In this document: one piece after another, positions 9,938 through 21,044 of the stretch
How the letters are laid out: every line of letters begins with the position of its first letter
Numbering within the stretch: position 1 is the stretch's first letter
Assembly: GCA_964496095.1 (NCBI GenBank)
Contig: CAZBWU010000003.1
Location: forward strand, 1,901-65,900
Length of the DNA: 64,000 nucleotides
Direction of reading: 5' to 3'
Source: an uncultured Gammaproteobacteria bacterium
Lineage (GTDB): Bacteria > Patescibacteriota > Patescibacteriia > Magasanikbacterales > GWA2-37-8
The notes under the pieces: generated by a model
Databases searched by the model: none
The model's input: the letters and a program-made list of their open reading frames with translations, nothing else
What the model was told of the DNA's origin: nothing
Made by a program: the position numbers and the translations under genes

Positions 9938-10741
9938 TTAGTTGGAAATCAAAACACTAACAATAAAGAGTTTGGAAAGATCTACAGCGGGGGTAAGTAC
10001 TGCTTGCTGGAAGGGTTGGTAGGCTTCGTTTTCAGCTACTGATACTTCTCCAATCAAAAGTCCTCTGGGCACGTTTTCTTCTAAGCCTGAAGTAATTACC
10101 TTATCTCCAACTAACACAACTTCGTTTCTAGGGATAAAATTCATTTTAATACTTAGACCATAACCACCTTCCACTACACCCAAACTACCGTCTTTGTTGA
10201 GTAGAGTTGCAGCAACTTTACTTTGGTTGTCGTTTATCAGGCGTACCATGGAAATATCTTTTTCTACCTTAGCGATAGTGCCAACGATTACACCGTCTCC
10301 TACAATCACCGGCTGATCATTTTTCAAACCATCCTGCTCTCCGGCATTAATAATTATCATTTTTTCAATATTGTCGGTATTAAGCCCTACAACATTAGCA
10401 GTGACATGAGTAAAATTACGGCGATGAAAAAAACCAAGCTGTTTTCTTAGTTCGTTGTTTTCTTGTTCTAAGTCTTTTGATTTTACATCAGCCACTTCGC
10501 TGTCTTGATTTTTTGCCAGGCATTTATTGTAGCTTTCTACAAGTTCGTCCTTATTGGAAAAATAACTATTAAAAAAATCTTGAGAAGATACCCGCCAATG
10601 AGTAATTCTTGTAGAAATTGGAATAATCAGAGCCTTAATAGGTCTTTCGATAAAATTTAACCAGCCGAAGTAGTGAAAAAAGATAATTAAAATCAAGATA
10701 AATCCTAAAAATAGATAATTTCTTGTTTTAAAACGAAGCAT
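9938..10741 (-). CDS. mreC: rod shape-determining protein MreC
   Basis: N-terminal TM helix, a coiled-coil segment (DLEQENNELRKQL) and a beta-rich C-terminus. Positioned after mreB. Confidence 0.75.
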   Translation of the reverse strand: MLRFKTRNYLFLGFILILIIFFHYFGWLNFIERPIKALIIPISTRITHWRVSSQDFFNSYFSNKDELVESYNKCLAKNQDSEVADVKSKDLEQENNELRKQLGFFHRRNFTHVTANVVGLNTDNIEKMIIINAGEQDGLKNDQPVIVGDGVIVGTIAKVEKDISMVRLINDNQSKVAATLLNKDGSLGVVEGGYGLSIKMNFIPRNEVVLVGDKVITSGLEENVPRGLLIGEVSVAENEAYQPFQQAVLTPAVDLSKLFIVSVLISN

Positions 10742-10750
10742 ATTTACAAA

Positions 10751-11803
10751 TTAAAGTTCAGTCCCCTTCTGTCTGTTTTTAATTGCAATTTCATTAAGAA
10801 GTTCGTCGTCATCTAAAAGAATGCCTGTGCCTCGCACAACCGAAGTAAGTGGATCATCAGCAATGCGTACTGGAATCTCAACAGCTCTGGCAATTAGCTG
10901 ATCAAAACCTCGCAGAAGCGCGCCACCACCGGAAAGGACAATACCTCGTTCGTGAATGTCGGCCACTAATTCTGGTGGAGTAGTTTCCAAGACTCCTTTG
11001 ATATTTTCAATAATGGTTCGCAGTGATTTTGTCATTGATTCTCTGACCTGAGTATCATTAATCATTATTTCTTTTGGCAGACCAGTCACCAGATCTCGTC
11101 CACGCATTGGGAACAGCATAGGTTCGTTGAGCTCGATAGCTGAACCGATCTTTATTTTTATTTCTTCAGATTGTTTTTCACCCAAAAGAAGATTAAATTT
11201 TTCTCTGGCATATTGTACAATATTGCGATTGAGTTCATCCCCCGCTACTGGAATTGATCGCCATGTCACAATTCCGCTTAGTGATATAACTGCAATCTCT
11301 GATGTTCCGCCACCCATTTCCACAATAAAATTTCCGACCGGTTCGCGGATGGGCATACGAGCGCCAATAGCAGCGGCCATTGGTTCTTGGACAACAATCA
11401 CTTCTCTGGCGCCGGCATTGGTAGCGGCGTCGTTAATAGCTTTTAATTCTACTTCGGTAATTTCAAGAGGCGCGCCCACAACTACTCGCGGACGAGTCAT
11501 AATATTCATGTTGTCTTCGTAGACTTTATCAATAAAATATTTTAACATTTTTTCCGTCACTTCGAAATCAGAAATAATACCGCTGATGAGTGGTCTGGTA
11601 GTGACAATATGAGGTGGAGTTTTGCCAAGCATGTCCTTGGCTTCGTTGCCAACTGCCAAAATCTGTTCCGTTTTGGTATTGACGGCCACCACGCTTGGTT
11701 CGTTGATAACTATCCCCCGTCCTTTGACATAGACAAGAGTGTTGGCTGTGCCCAAATCAATGCCAATATCTTTTCTGAATTTTTTTAATAATCCTTCAAA
11801 CAT
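10751..11803 (-). CDS. mreB: rod shape-determining protein MreB (actin homolog)
   Basis: DLGTANTLVYVKGRGIVINEPSVVAV phosphate-1 motif and actin-fold motifs, 350 aa. Confidence 0.9.
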   Translation of the reverse strand: MFEGLLKKFRKDIGIDLGTANTLVYVKGRGIVINEPSVVAVNTKTEQILAVGNEAKDMLGKTPPHIVTTRPLISGIISDFEVTEKMLKYFIDKVYEDNMNIMTRPRVVVGAPLEITEVELKAINDAATNAGAREVIVVQEPMAAAIGARMPIREPVGNFIVEMGGGTSEIAVISLSGIVTWRSIPVAGDELNRNIVQYAREKFNLLLGEKQSEEIKIKIGSAIELNEPMLFPMRGRDLVTGLPKEIMINDTQVRESMTKSLRTIIENIKGVLETTPPELVADIHERGIVLSGGGALLRGFDQLIARAVEIPVRIADDPLTSVVRGTGILLDDDELLNEIAIKNRQKGTEL

Positions 11804-11805
11804 AT

Positions 11806-12201
11806 TTATAAATCACGATTGTTATATTTACGACTGGTAAAAATAACTCCTTCTATTGTGGCAAAGAGCAGAATAAGTAAAATCGCGCTCCACCAAGCTA
11901 GTAATTTTATCTGTAAAAGAATCAAACCTGAAATGATGAGAAGGGCGGTCAAAGTTCCTTGTCTAAAAGTTGACTTCACATGATGAAAAACAACCTGGTC
12001 TTCTTTTAAAATTATTTTTTTAATCAGAAAGCCAATAACAGATATAGTGCCAGTAAGAGCCAAAAACAGACTGAGATAGAAAAATAGAAACCCAAAAAAC
12101 TTGGCTTGGGTTGGATCAATACTGCCTAAAACAAAAAACCAGGCCAACCAACAAATAAACGCCCCGATGGACATTAAGATTAGATAATGACGTAAAGTCA
12201 T
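11806..12201 (-). CDS. hypothetical membrane protein (3-4 TM)
   Basis: Hydrophobic ORF packed tightly between mreB and the DUF721 gene. Confidence 0.4.
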   Translation of the reverse strand: MTLRHYLILMSIGAFICWLAWFFVLGSIDPTQAKFFGFLFFYLSLFLALTGTISVIGFLIKKIILKEDQVVFHHVKSTFRQGTLTALLIISGLILLQIKLLAWWSAILLILLFATIEGVIFTSRKYNNRDL

Positions 12202-12274
12202 AAGTTTAGGTAGTTGTCAGGTTATTTTAGCCCTATTTTATGGGTTTGGCAACCCTGTGTATTTATGTCTTATT

Positions 12275-12571
12275 TTACACCAAATACTTGATTTGTTCCA
12301 CTACATTTGAGCCGAGTTTGTTGTTGGTAGTTAGAAGTATTTTCTTTTCGTTTAGCTTGATTTCCTGAGCCATAACCGAGCTCAGACAAGTAATAGCAAT
12401 AACTTTGTTTTTAAAGTAAATTGCCTGGGCGTATTTACCTGCTCCCTGGCCGAATAATTCTTTGATAACATCATTTACTTTTTCTACCACAAGAGTAGCT
12501 GTCACTTGTTTCCAGACAGGGGTTTGTTTCATCTGACGTTTGAGAATGTCTCCGAGTGATCTCATGACCAT
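12275..12571 (-). CDS. DUF721 (DciA-like) family protein
   Basis: ~98 aa with the LGDIL...W..V...L...V......V.......WAQEL pattern of DUF721. Confidence 0.5.
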   Translation of the reverse strand: MVMRSLGDILKRQMKQTPVWKQVTATLVVEKVNDVIKELFGQGAGKYAQAIYFKNKVIAITCLSSVMAQEIKLNEKKILLTTNNKLGSNVVEQIKYLV

Positions 12572-12603
12572 AAAAAGTAATTAATTTCTATAGATGTAAG
12601 TTT

Positions 12604-13059
12604 TTATTCACTAATTGGCATAAATACTCCTTTGACAATAGGCATATCTCGGAATAAAAGTATTGGTGATTTGGAAACATTGCTTATCTCAAGTGTTTGT
12701 TTACAATCAGTATCAGGTTCAGCAAAATGTGATCCGAGCAAAATGCTTAATCCGATTTGGGCGCACGAACCGCGAGCGCTTAACATGCAGGCGTACTTAC
12801 CATTTAATGTTAATTTTTCTTTAGTAAACCCAAGCACAAACTGACCAGGTTCAAGAATATATCCTTCGTCTGGTATTGAATGTTCTGTGTGTTTTGGTTT
12901 TGTATCTGCTCGCAATATTTGTCCTTCGTCTAAGCAGTGTATTGTTGCATCGAGAGTAAATGTATAGCTTGCGCCTTTAATATTAGCCTCGTTAAACGAA
13001 TCAATACCAAGCTTACCTTCTTGTACCACCTCCTTAATTTGTTGAGCAGAGAGAATCAT
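12604..13059 (-). CDS. dcd: dCTP deaminase family protein (dUTPase fold)
   Basis: ARGSCAQIGLSIL resembles the Dcd GRSSLARLGL motif, ~150 aa. Start trimmed to the internal Met (MILSAQQIKE) to avoid overlapping the helicase gene. Confidence 0.6.
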   Translation of the reverse strand: MILSAQQIKEVVQEGKLGIDSFNEANIKGASYTFTLDATIHCLDEGQILRADTKPKHTEHSIPDEGYILEPGQFVLGFTKEKLTLNGKYACMLSARGSCAQIGLSILLGSHFAEPDTDCKQTLEISNVSKSPILLFRDMPIVKGVFMPISE

Positions 13060-13069
13060 ACTAAAAATA

Positions 13070-16012
13070 TTAAACTCTAAATTGGCAAATATTTCTAAAA
13101 TCACAACTCTTACATACTTGCGCGCTCGGAGTGGCTTTAAAATTTCCAGATTTAATTTCAGACATAGTGTTAGTCATTTTTTCTTTAAGCTTTTCTATTT
13201 CTTTCTCAGTGCCTAGGAAAGATAGTTTGGCATTATCATTTAGATAAAAATAAGTCAGCTTGCCAGCGTTGCCCACTTGGTTATATTCTGGTAATTGATT
13301 AACAGCTATTTGGTAAATTAATAATTGGTCTTTATCTTCGCTCTCTAATTTTTCTTTACTCTTGCCGGTTTTGTAATCAATAATTTCTAAAGTGCCATCG
13401 GCTGATTGATCTATTCTATCTATGCGTCCATGCACTAGATGTTCCCCAACTTTGATTTTGAACCAGCCTTCCATTGCCACTGGCACAGTCCAATTTTCTT
13501 TTTCTGACTCATAAAAAGCGCGCAAAATTTCTTTACCGGTTTTATAATATTTTTCTTTTTGAGCTGCGTCCTGGTACCAATCGCCTATCCACGATTCTTC
13601 ATAAAATGCCATTAATTCATCTAGACTAGGGGCTTTTACACCATTACTAGAAACTTTGCCAGCAGGTGTTTCGGTAAACAAAGAGGTTTGGGTAGCTTGG
13701 TTTAGCTCTTTTAATTTCTCGTAAAATTTTTGCATGGTGCTGTGCATGCTCTGGCCAAAGCTAAAACTGGCGCTACCGCTAGTTGGAATTCTCAAGATAT
13801 GTGCCAGTTTATACTGATATGGACAAGTACGATAGGCCTTTATTTGAGAAAAGGAAAAAACTTTTGGCAACTCGTAAACAAACTCCGCATCATCTTTGTG
13901 TTTGGTTGGGTTGGAAAGTTTGAAGTCTTCTTTTTGGGCGGCGGTTTTTTCTAAGACATTGAAACCCAGCTCGGGCAAGAAACGAGAAATTTTTTTATTT
14001 TTTACCCCGCCGTAATCATCAGCGCTTGTAAGGTATAGTCGTTCTTTGGCTCTGGTAATGGCCACATAAAACAAACGCCGTTCTTCTTGCATATGATTAT
14101 CCCCTTCTGACAGTTGTTCTTTGATAAAAGCGCTTGGGAGCTCTATAGACTCGCCACGGCGACGACCAGGAAATCTGTCTTCCACCATATTTACCACAAA
14201 CGCATACTTAAACTCCAAACCTTTGGATTTGTGAACAGTAATAATATTGATAGCGTCTGTGTTGTCGCTTGCTTGATACATTCCGCCAGGATCGCCAGAC
14301 TCTATCACATAATTAAAATGTTCTAGGAAATTCACAACCGTTGCGCCCATCACGCTTGTTTCGTAATTTTTTATATACTCAAAAAATTCCTTGAGTTGGT
14401 ATATTTGTCTAATGACTTCTTTGTTTTGATTCAATTCTTCTTTGGTGAGATATTCCAACATGCCGCTGTCTTGGAGGAAGTGGAATAAAACCGTAGTTGG
14501 TTTTTCTTTTTTGGCATTTTGCAAACCGGAATTAATAATAGCGATCAGTTTGTTGGCTGTCTCAATTCCTTGGGGAGATAAACCAAACTGTTCGGCGTAT
14601 TTTAACGATTCGTAAAATGAAATAGCTTTTCTTTTGGCATTATAAGTGATTTTTTGTAAATCATGATCATCTATTTTCCAAACCGGTAGTAGTAGCAATC
14701 GAAAAACTGCGGTTGATTCTCGGTAATTATCAAGTAGTTTAAAGAAGTTGAGACAATCCAAAACTAATGGTTGGCGGTAGAGTCCGGAAGCGGCCAAAAA
14801 TTCATAAGGCATGCCCGATTTTTCTAGGGCAGAAATAAACGGCTCGCTATGACTATTGGCGCGTACTAAAATAGCAAAGTCACTCCATTTGGTATTGATA
14901 TCTGAATGTTTTAATCTCGCTATTTCTTCTAAGGTTTTCTTGACTTCTTCGTCGAGGGTGGCGCAGTGTATATGAGCTACGGCTGAAGTCTCAGATTCTT
15001 TTTTCTCCCCTGTAAAAATCAATTTTTTATTAACATTGAGTTTTACTTCCAAACGATCTGGGTTGTTATTTTGAATAAGCTTGTAGGCATAATCCAAAAT
15101 TTCTTGTTGAGAGCGGTAATTTTCATTGAGAACAATTTCTTTGGCTTGAGGAAAGTCATCTTTGAATCGTAAAATATTTGAGACCGAAGCACCTCTAAAG
15201 GCATAGATGCTTTGGTCATCATCCCCCACTACGGTTAGTTGGGAGGTGTCGCCTGTTAGTAGTCGCACCAATTGGTACTGCGACCAATTGACATCTTGAA
15301 ATTCATCAATCAAAATATATTTAAACTTTTTTTGTATGGCTTTCAAAATGGCTGGACGCTCTTTGAGTAGTTTGGTGGTATAAAAAATAAGATCAGCAAA
15401 ATCAAGCGCATTGTTATCCAAAAGCAATTGATTATATACGTGATAGGCATTGGCAATTTCCGTGAGCCGTGACTGGTCATCTAGTTCAATATTGTCTTGA
15501 TTAGCAACGATACCTTCAGCATACTTGAGATAATCTGCCGGAGTGATAAGTTCGTCTTTACATTTTTGGAAATGTGAAATCAGGGCGTGTAAGTGACTAG
15601 CCGGATTGCCCATTGGACGATAATAATCAAGATTAAATTTATCTAAATTTTGTCTAGCGAGAAGCCAAGCATCTGTTTCAGTAATGAGTTTGAATTTTTG
15701 ACTAAGGCCAATATGAAGACCGTATTCTTCTAAAATCTTTTGACAAAAGGCGTGAAAGGTAGAAATCTGTAAATCCACATAACCAATATCAATGTCAGCG
15801 TCTACTCGATCAAACATTTCGGTAGCGGCTTTTTCAGTAAAAGTGAGCGCCAAAACTTCTTCAGCCGTAGCCAAGTTATTTTTTAGAATATGAGAAATCT
15901 TTTCGGTAATAACAGTGGTTTTACCTGTCCCTGCCCCAGCCACAATAATTAGCGGTCCGCCAAAGTATTCCACAGCTTGTTTTTGGGCTTCGTTTAGTTT
16001 GTAATTAGCCAT
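13070..16012 (-). CDS. UvrD/PcrA-family helicase fused to a C-terminal PD-(D/E)xK (RecB/Cas4-like) nuclease with a Cys cluster
   Basis: Walker A GAGTGKTT, UvrD helicase motifs (DEFQD, VVGDDDQSIYAFRGA), and a C-terminal GRIDRID...IIDYKTG nuclease core followed by CKSCDFRNIC. Confidence 0.8.
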   Translation of the reverse strand: MANYKLNEAQKQAVEYFGGPLIIVAGAGTGKTTVITEKISHILKNNLATAEEVLALTFTEKAATEMFDRVDADIDIGYVDLQISTFHAFCQKILEEYGLHIGLSQKFKLITETDAWLLARQNLDKFNLDYYRPMGNPASHLHALISHFQKCKDELITPADYLKYAEGIVANQDNIELDDQSRLTEIANAYHVYNQLLLDNNALDFADLIFYTTKLLKERPAILKAIQKKFKYILIDEFQDVNWSQYQLVRLLTGDTSQLTVVGDDDQSIYAFRGASVSNILRFKDDFPQAKEIVLNENYRSQQEILDYAYKLIQNNNPDRLEVKLNVNKKLIFTGEKKESETSAVAHIHCATLDEEVKKTLEEIARLKHSDINTKWSDFAILVRANSHSEPFISALEKSGMPYEFLAASGLYRQPLVLDCLNFFKLLDNYRESTAVFRLLLLPVWKIDDHDLQKITYNAKRKAISFYESLKYAEQFGLSPQGIETANKLIAIINSGLQNAKKEKPTTVLFHFLQDSGMLEYLTKEELNQNKEVIRQIYQLKEFFEYIKNYETSVMGATVVNFLEHFNYVIESGDPGGMYQASDNTDAINIITVHKSKGLEFKYAFVVNMVEDRFPGRRRGESIELPSAFIKEQLSEGDNHMQEERRLFYVAITRAKERLYLTSADDYGGVKNKKISRFLPELGFNVLEKTAAQKEDFKLSNPTKHKDDAEFVYELPKVFSFSQIKAYRTCPYQYKLAHILRIPTSGSASFSFGQSMHSTMQKFYEKLKELNQATQTSLFTETPAGKVSSNGVKAPSLDELMAFYEESWIGDWYQDAAQKEKYYKTGKEILRAFYESEKENWTVPVAMEGWFKIKVGEHLVHGRIDRIDQSADGTLEIIDYKTGKSKEKLESEDKDQLLIYQIAVNQLPEYNQVGNAGKLTYFYLNDNAKLSFLGTEKEIEKLKEKMTNTMSEIKSGNFKATPSAQVCKSCDFRNICQFRV

Positions 16013-16020
16013 AAATTGTT

Positions 16021-16045
16021 AGATAAAACAGCCCTTTTGGGGCTG
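16021..16045 (-). terminator. rho-independent terminator after the ABC transporter gene
   Basis: Hairpin cagccc-tttt-gggctg (16029-16045) followed on the minus strand by TTTTATCT. Confidence 0.55.
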
Positions 16046-16087
16046 CTTTATTATAAACGAAATGAGTCAGTGAAGCAAGGAGATTTT

Positions 16088-17848
16088 TTAAGCAATAAAC
16101 CCGCCTGCCTGCACTTCCCAGAGTTTTTTATACAAGCCTTTTTCTTGCTGTAATAATTCTTGATGGGATCCGTTCTCTACAATCTTACCCTCTTTAATCA
16201 CGATAATTCTATCCATTTTCATAATCGTAGATAAACGATGAGCCACCACAATCACAGTCTTGCCTTTTATAAGGACATCCAGGGCTTTTTGAATCAATTG
16301 TTCAGATTCAGAATCAAGACTAGAAGTCGCTTCATCTAGAATAAGTATTGGTGCGTTGTGCAGAATCGCCCTAGCTATAGCTACGCGCTGACGTTCACCA
16401 CCGGATAATTTTACCCCTCTTTCACCTACAAAAGTATTATACCCTTCTGGCAAGTCTTTGATAAATTCGTGACAGTGAGCCAGTTTGGCAGCTTTAATAA
16501 CTTCTTCTTCGGTGGCGTCTGGTTTGCCATAGCGAATATTTTCTAGCAAGCTTCTGTGGAAAAGAATTGGATCTTGCGGAACCATGCTAACATTTTTCCA
16601 TAAACTTTCCATTTTGACATGGCTGATATTTTGCCCATCAATCACAATACTTCCTGCGCTTACATCGTACATGCGCAAAAGCAATTTAATGATTGTGGTT
16701 TTACCTCCTCCAGATGGACCGACTAAAGCCACCTTTTCTTTGGCAGAAATACTAAGGTTGAATTTTTCTAGAATAGGACGAGTTTTATGGTAGAAGAAAT
16801 CAACTTTGTTGAATTCAATTTTACCTTCGGTAATTTTTAAGTCTTTGGCATTTTTAGTGTCTACTATGCTGTGCGGTTCACTTAAAACAGCGCTCATCTC
16901 ATCCGCTTCAGCCAGGCTTTCATATATATCTCGAATTACGCGACCAAAATCCCATGTTCTCATAATAACAATCAATATGTATGACTGTATGAGAATAAAA
17001 TCACCAATTGTTAAAATATTTTGTTTCCATAATAAAATAGCAATATAAAAAATTCCGACTTCTAAAACTGTAGTGAGTAAAGCTTGAGTTGCCTCATAAA
17101 CATTGCTCAGATTCCAGGTAAATAAGCGTAGTTTTTTTACGGTACCAATCGCTTTGGCAAAGTTTTTTACTTCAGCCATATAGCCGCCAAACAATTTAAC
17201 GTTGGTATTATTTGTTATTGTATCTGCTAGAATTCCAGTCGCGGAAGAATCTGCTTCGCTTCGCGCGAGATCGTATTTGAGCTTAAATTTTGTAAACAAT
17301 ATATTTATAATAAAAAAGATGGTAATCCAAACGCCGATTGCGATAGCAAGATAAGCATTCTTTCTAATTAAAACAAAGATTATTAAACTTATATTTATTA
17401 ATAATTGTAAAATATCAAAAGATAACTTATCTGTAATATGTTCGAATGACCTGGTAAAACGATTTACTTTTTTTACAAGTGACCCAACAAAATTATCATT
17501 AAAATAAGCAAAAGAATGCTTGTGAATGTATCTAAAACAAAAATCAGACAAATTTACCATTACGGAAACTTGAAAATAAGAGATAAAAAAAGTGCTGATA
17601 CGCCAAAACATCCAGCCGATAAATTCTATAACCGCAATAATAAACAGGTTGTGAATCAGCTGAGGTGCCAAAATTTCTTTTGGCTGTGATTGGGCCAAAA
17701 GGTCAAAGATTTTTTTAAAATACAAGGGGGTTATAACAGTTACAGCCGAAGCTAAGATAACAGCAAAAAACACAACCAGCGCTGAAATTTTGTGTTGCTT
17801 TATCTGGTCCCAATATATTTCAATTGTTTTCTTTGTATTTACTTGCAT
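16088..17848 (-). CDS. ABC transporter, fused permease/ATP-binding (MsbA-like exporter)
   Basis: Six-TM N-terminal domain, Walker A GPSGGGKTT, signature LSGGERQRVAIARA, Walker B ILILDEATS. Confidence 0.85.
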   Translation of the reverse strand: MQVNTKKTIEIYWDQIKQHKISALVVFFAVILASAVTVITPLYFKKIFDLLAQSQPKEILAPQLIHNLFIIAVIEFIGWMFWRISTFFISYFQVSVMVNLSDFCFRYIHKHSFAYFNDNFVGSLVKKVNRFTRSFEHITDKLSFDILQLLINISLIIFVLIRKNAYLAIAIGVWITIFFIINILFTKFKLKYDLARSEADSSATGILADTITNNTNVKLFGGYMAEVKNFAKAIGTVKKLRLFTWNLSNVYEATQALLTTVLEVGIFYIAILLWKQNILTIGDFILIQSYILIVIMRTWDFGRVIRDIYESLAEADEMSAVLSEPHSIVDTKNAKDLKITEGKIEFNKVDFFYHKTRPILEKFNLSISAKEKVALVGPSGGGKTTIIKLLLRMYDVSAGSIVIDGQNISHVKMESLWKNVSMVPQDPILFHRSLLENIRYGKPDATEEEVIKAAKLAHCHEFIKDLPEGYNTFVGERGVKLSGGERQRVAIARAILHNAPILILDEATSSLDSESEQLIQKALDVLIKGKTVIVVAHRLSTIMKMDRIIVIKEGKIVENGSHQELLQQEKGLYKKLWEVQAGGFIA

Positions 17849-17864
17849 AATTTTTATAAAACAG

Positions 17865-17900
17865 CATTATCTCCCCTGTTTGGGGAGATATGTGTATATT
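17865..17900 (-). terminator. probable atp-operon terminator hairpin
   Basis: Stem tatctcccc / ggggagata (17878-17900) followed on the minus strand by a T-rich run. Confidence 0.4.
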
Positions 17901-17965
17901 ATAGAAGACGTAAAAACTGAGGTTTTGTTACCGTGAAGGCTAATCTTAGAGAAAAATTGAAGTTT

Positions 17966-18103
17966 TTAGGCGTTTACCTTATCAATACATTCACAACCGC
18001 AAGTCTGATCACATTCACAACAAGCCACACATATACTTTCATTACACAAGCAAGGATCTGCTTGCTCTCCTAAAACTGTTTTGCATTTTGGGCATTTTTC
18101 CAT
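17966..18103 (-). CDS. unannotated small Cys-rich protein (45 aa, 11 Cys)
   Basis: ATG at 18103 and TAA at 17966-17968. Translation: MEKCPKCKTVLGEQADPCLCNESICVACCECDQTCGCECIDKVNA. It lies 29 nt downstream of atpC and is below the ORF-track length cutoff. Confidence 0.35.
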   Translation of the reverse strand: MEKCPKCKTVLGEQADPCLCNESICVACCECDQTCGCECIDKVNA

Positions 18104-18132
18104 ATGAATGTTTGATTATTAATTTAAAGTTT

Positions 18133-18558
18133 TTATTTACTTGCTGGTAAATTCCTGTATTTTTTTGCTACTCTCAATCTATTGAGCTCTCTGTCTATAA
18201 CTGCTTGCAACTTGGCAAAGTCGACGTCTTGAACGTTCTTAATATTCTTCATTTGTTCTTGAGCGCGTACTCTGGCTTCTTCGGCTCTGGTAATATCTAT
18301 CTGGTCTACTCGTTCAGCGTGATCGGCTAAAATCACAATTTCATTTTTTCCTCTTACTTCCAAAAATCCTCCCGAAACTGCCATCTGATGTTCGCCATCC
18401 TTGTCTTTGAATTTTAATTCACCGGCTTTAAGAACAGAGACAAGCGGAATATGATTTGGTAAAACTGTAATTTCACCGTCCATAGTCGGAATGGTAATTT
18501 GAAAAATTTCATTTTCATAGATACTTTTTTCCGGAGTGACGATTTTGAATTTTAACAT
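18133..18558 (-). CDS. atpC: F-type ATP synthase subunit epsilon
   Basis: 141 aa, MLKFKIVTPEK...ITVLPNHIP beta-sandwich plus C-terminal helices. Last gene of the atp operon. Confidence 0.85.
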   Translation of the reverse strand: MLKFKIVTPEKSIYENEIFQITIPTMDGEITVLPNHIPLVSVLKAGELKFKDKDGEHQMAVSGGFLEVRGKNEIVILADHAERVDQIDITRAEEARVRAQEQMKNIKNVQDVDFAKLQAVIDRELNRLRVAKKYRNLPASK

Positions 18559-18571
18559 AAATTTTTATTTT

Positions 18572-18670
18572 TTGTCATCCCGAGCGAGGCCGTAGCCGAC
18601 GAGGGATCTATTCCGATTATTAAAATAAAGTATAGATTCCTCATCCCACAAGAGGGATTCGGAATGACAA
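18572..18670. mobile_element. MITE-like palindromic element, copy 1 (intergenic atpC/atpD)
   Basis: tgtcatcccgagcgagg...gacgagggatc ... gattcctcatccc...gggattcggaatgacaa. Both half-units recur in reverse complement at 34083 and 41785. Confidence 0.7.
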
Positions 18671-18676
18671 CAAACT

Positions 18677-20077
<1,401 letters not shown>

Positions 20078-20089
20078 TTATTAGTAATT

Positions 20090-21040
20090 TTATTCAAGTG
20101 CCGCTGCTCCACCCGCAATCTCGGCAATTTCCTGGGTAATACCTGCTTGTCTAGCTTTGTTAAATGTCAGGTTCAACTCTTCTATCATATCTTTAGCAGA
20201 TTCGCTGGCGTTTTTCATAGCTACCATACGGCTACTATGTTCACTAGCTGATGACTCTAACAGAGTTTGATAAATCTGACTTTCTACCAATCTTGGTAAA
20301 ACTATTTTTAAAACATCCGTTCGGTTTGGTTCAAATAAATATTCATTCAAGTCTGTTTTTTTAGGAATTTTGGATTGGTGGGTTTCGCTCACATCAGAAA
20401 TCATTTTTTCTAAATCAATTTCAGAAATTGGTAATACTTGTCTTAGTTTGGCTACTTGTAATAGAGCGGATTTAAAATCAGTGTAAGCTACAACCACCTT
20501 GTCATAAGTTTGCTTTTCATAAGCGTCAATAATCATTCTAGCAACCGGCAAGGCGTCTTCTAAACTTGGAGTGTCAGTAAGATTATTAAATGAAGCAATC
20601 AAATTATATCCCATTTTTTTGGCAAAGTCTGCACCCTTCTTGCCAATGCCAATAACTTCTACAGAAATTGGTTTGTTTGATAAAACTTCCTTGCCCTTTA
20701 TTCTTTGCTTGGCAATATTTTGTGGGTTTTTTAACTGAGCCGCTGTTTTTCTGATTATGTTAGCATTAAAACTTCCACACAAACCTCGGTTTGAAGTAAT
20801 AATAATCATTAAAATCTTTTCTACCGGACGAACATCCAGAAGTGGCATCTTTTCTTTTTGAACAGTAGAAAGATTTACTAAAAGTTCCCAAGCCAAAGTG
20901 GCATAGCTTCTAGTATCTAAAGCAGCGTTAACCGCTTTGCGCATTTTGGCAGCCGCAATCATTTCCATGGCTTTGGTAATTTTTTTGGTACTACCAATGG
21001 ATTTGAGGCGACGTTTAATTACTTTTGTGTTTACGGCCAT
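20090..21040 (-). CDS. atpG: F-type ATP synthase subunit gamma
   Basis: MAVNTKVIKRRLKSIGSTKKITKAMEMIAAAKMRKA N-terminus and C-terminal ...ITQEIAEIAGGAAALE. Start moved to the internal Met because the 25-aa extension in the ORF track overlaps the upstream ORF. Confidence 0.85.
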   Translation of the reverse strand: MAVNTKVIKRRLKSIGSTKKITKAMEMIAAAKMRKAVNAALDTRSYATLAWELLVNLSTVQKEKMPLLDVRPVEKILMIIITSNRGLCGSFNANIIRKTAAQLKNPQNIAKQRIKGKEVLSNKPISVEVIGIGKKGADFAKKMGYNLIASFNNLTDTPSLEDALPVARMIIDAYEKQTYDKVVVAYTDFKSALLQVAKLRQVLPISEIDLEKMISDVSETHQSKIPKKTDLNEYLFEPNRTDVLKIVLPRLVESQIYQTLLESSASEHSSRMVAMKNASESAKDMIEELNLTFNKARQAGITQEIAEIAGGAAALE

Positions 21041-21044
21041 ATAT

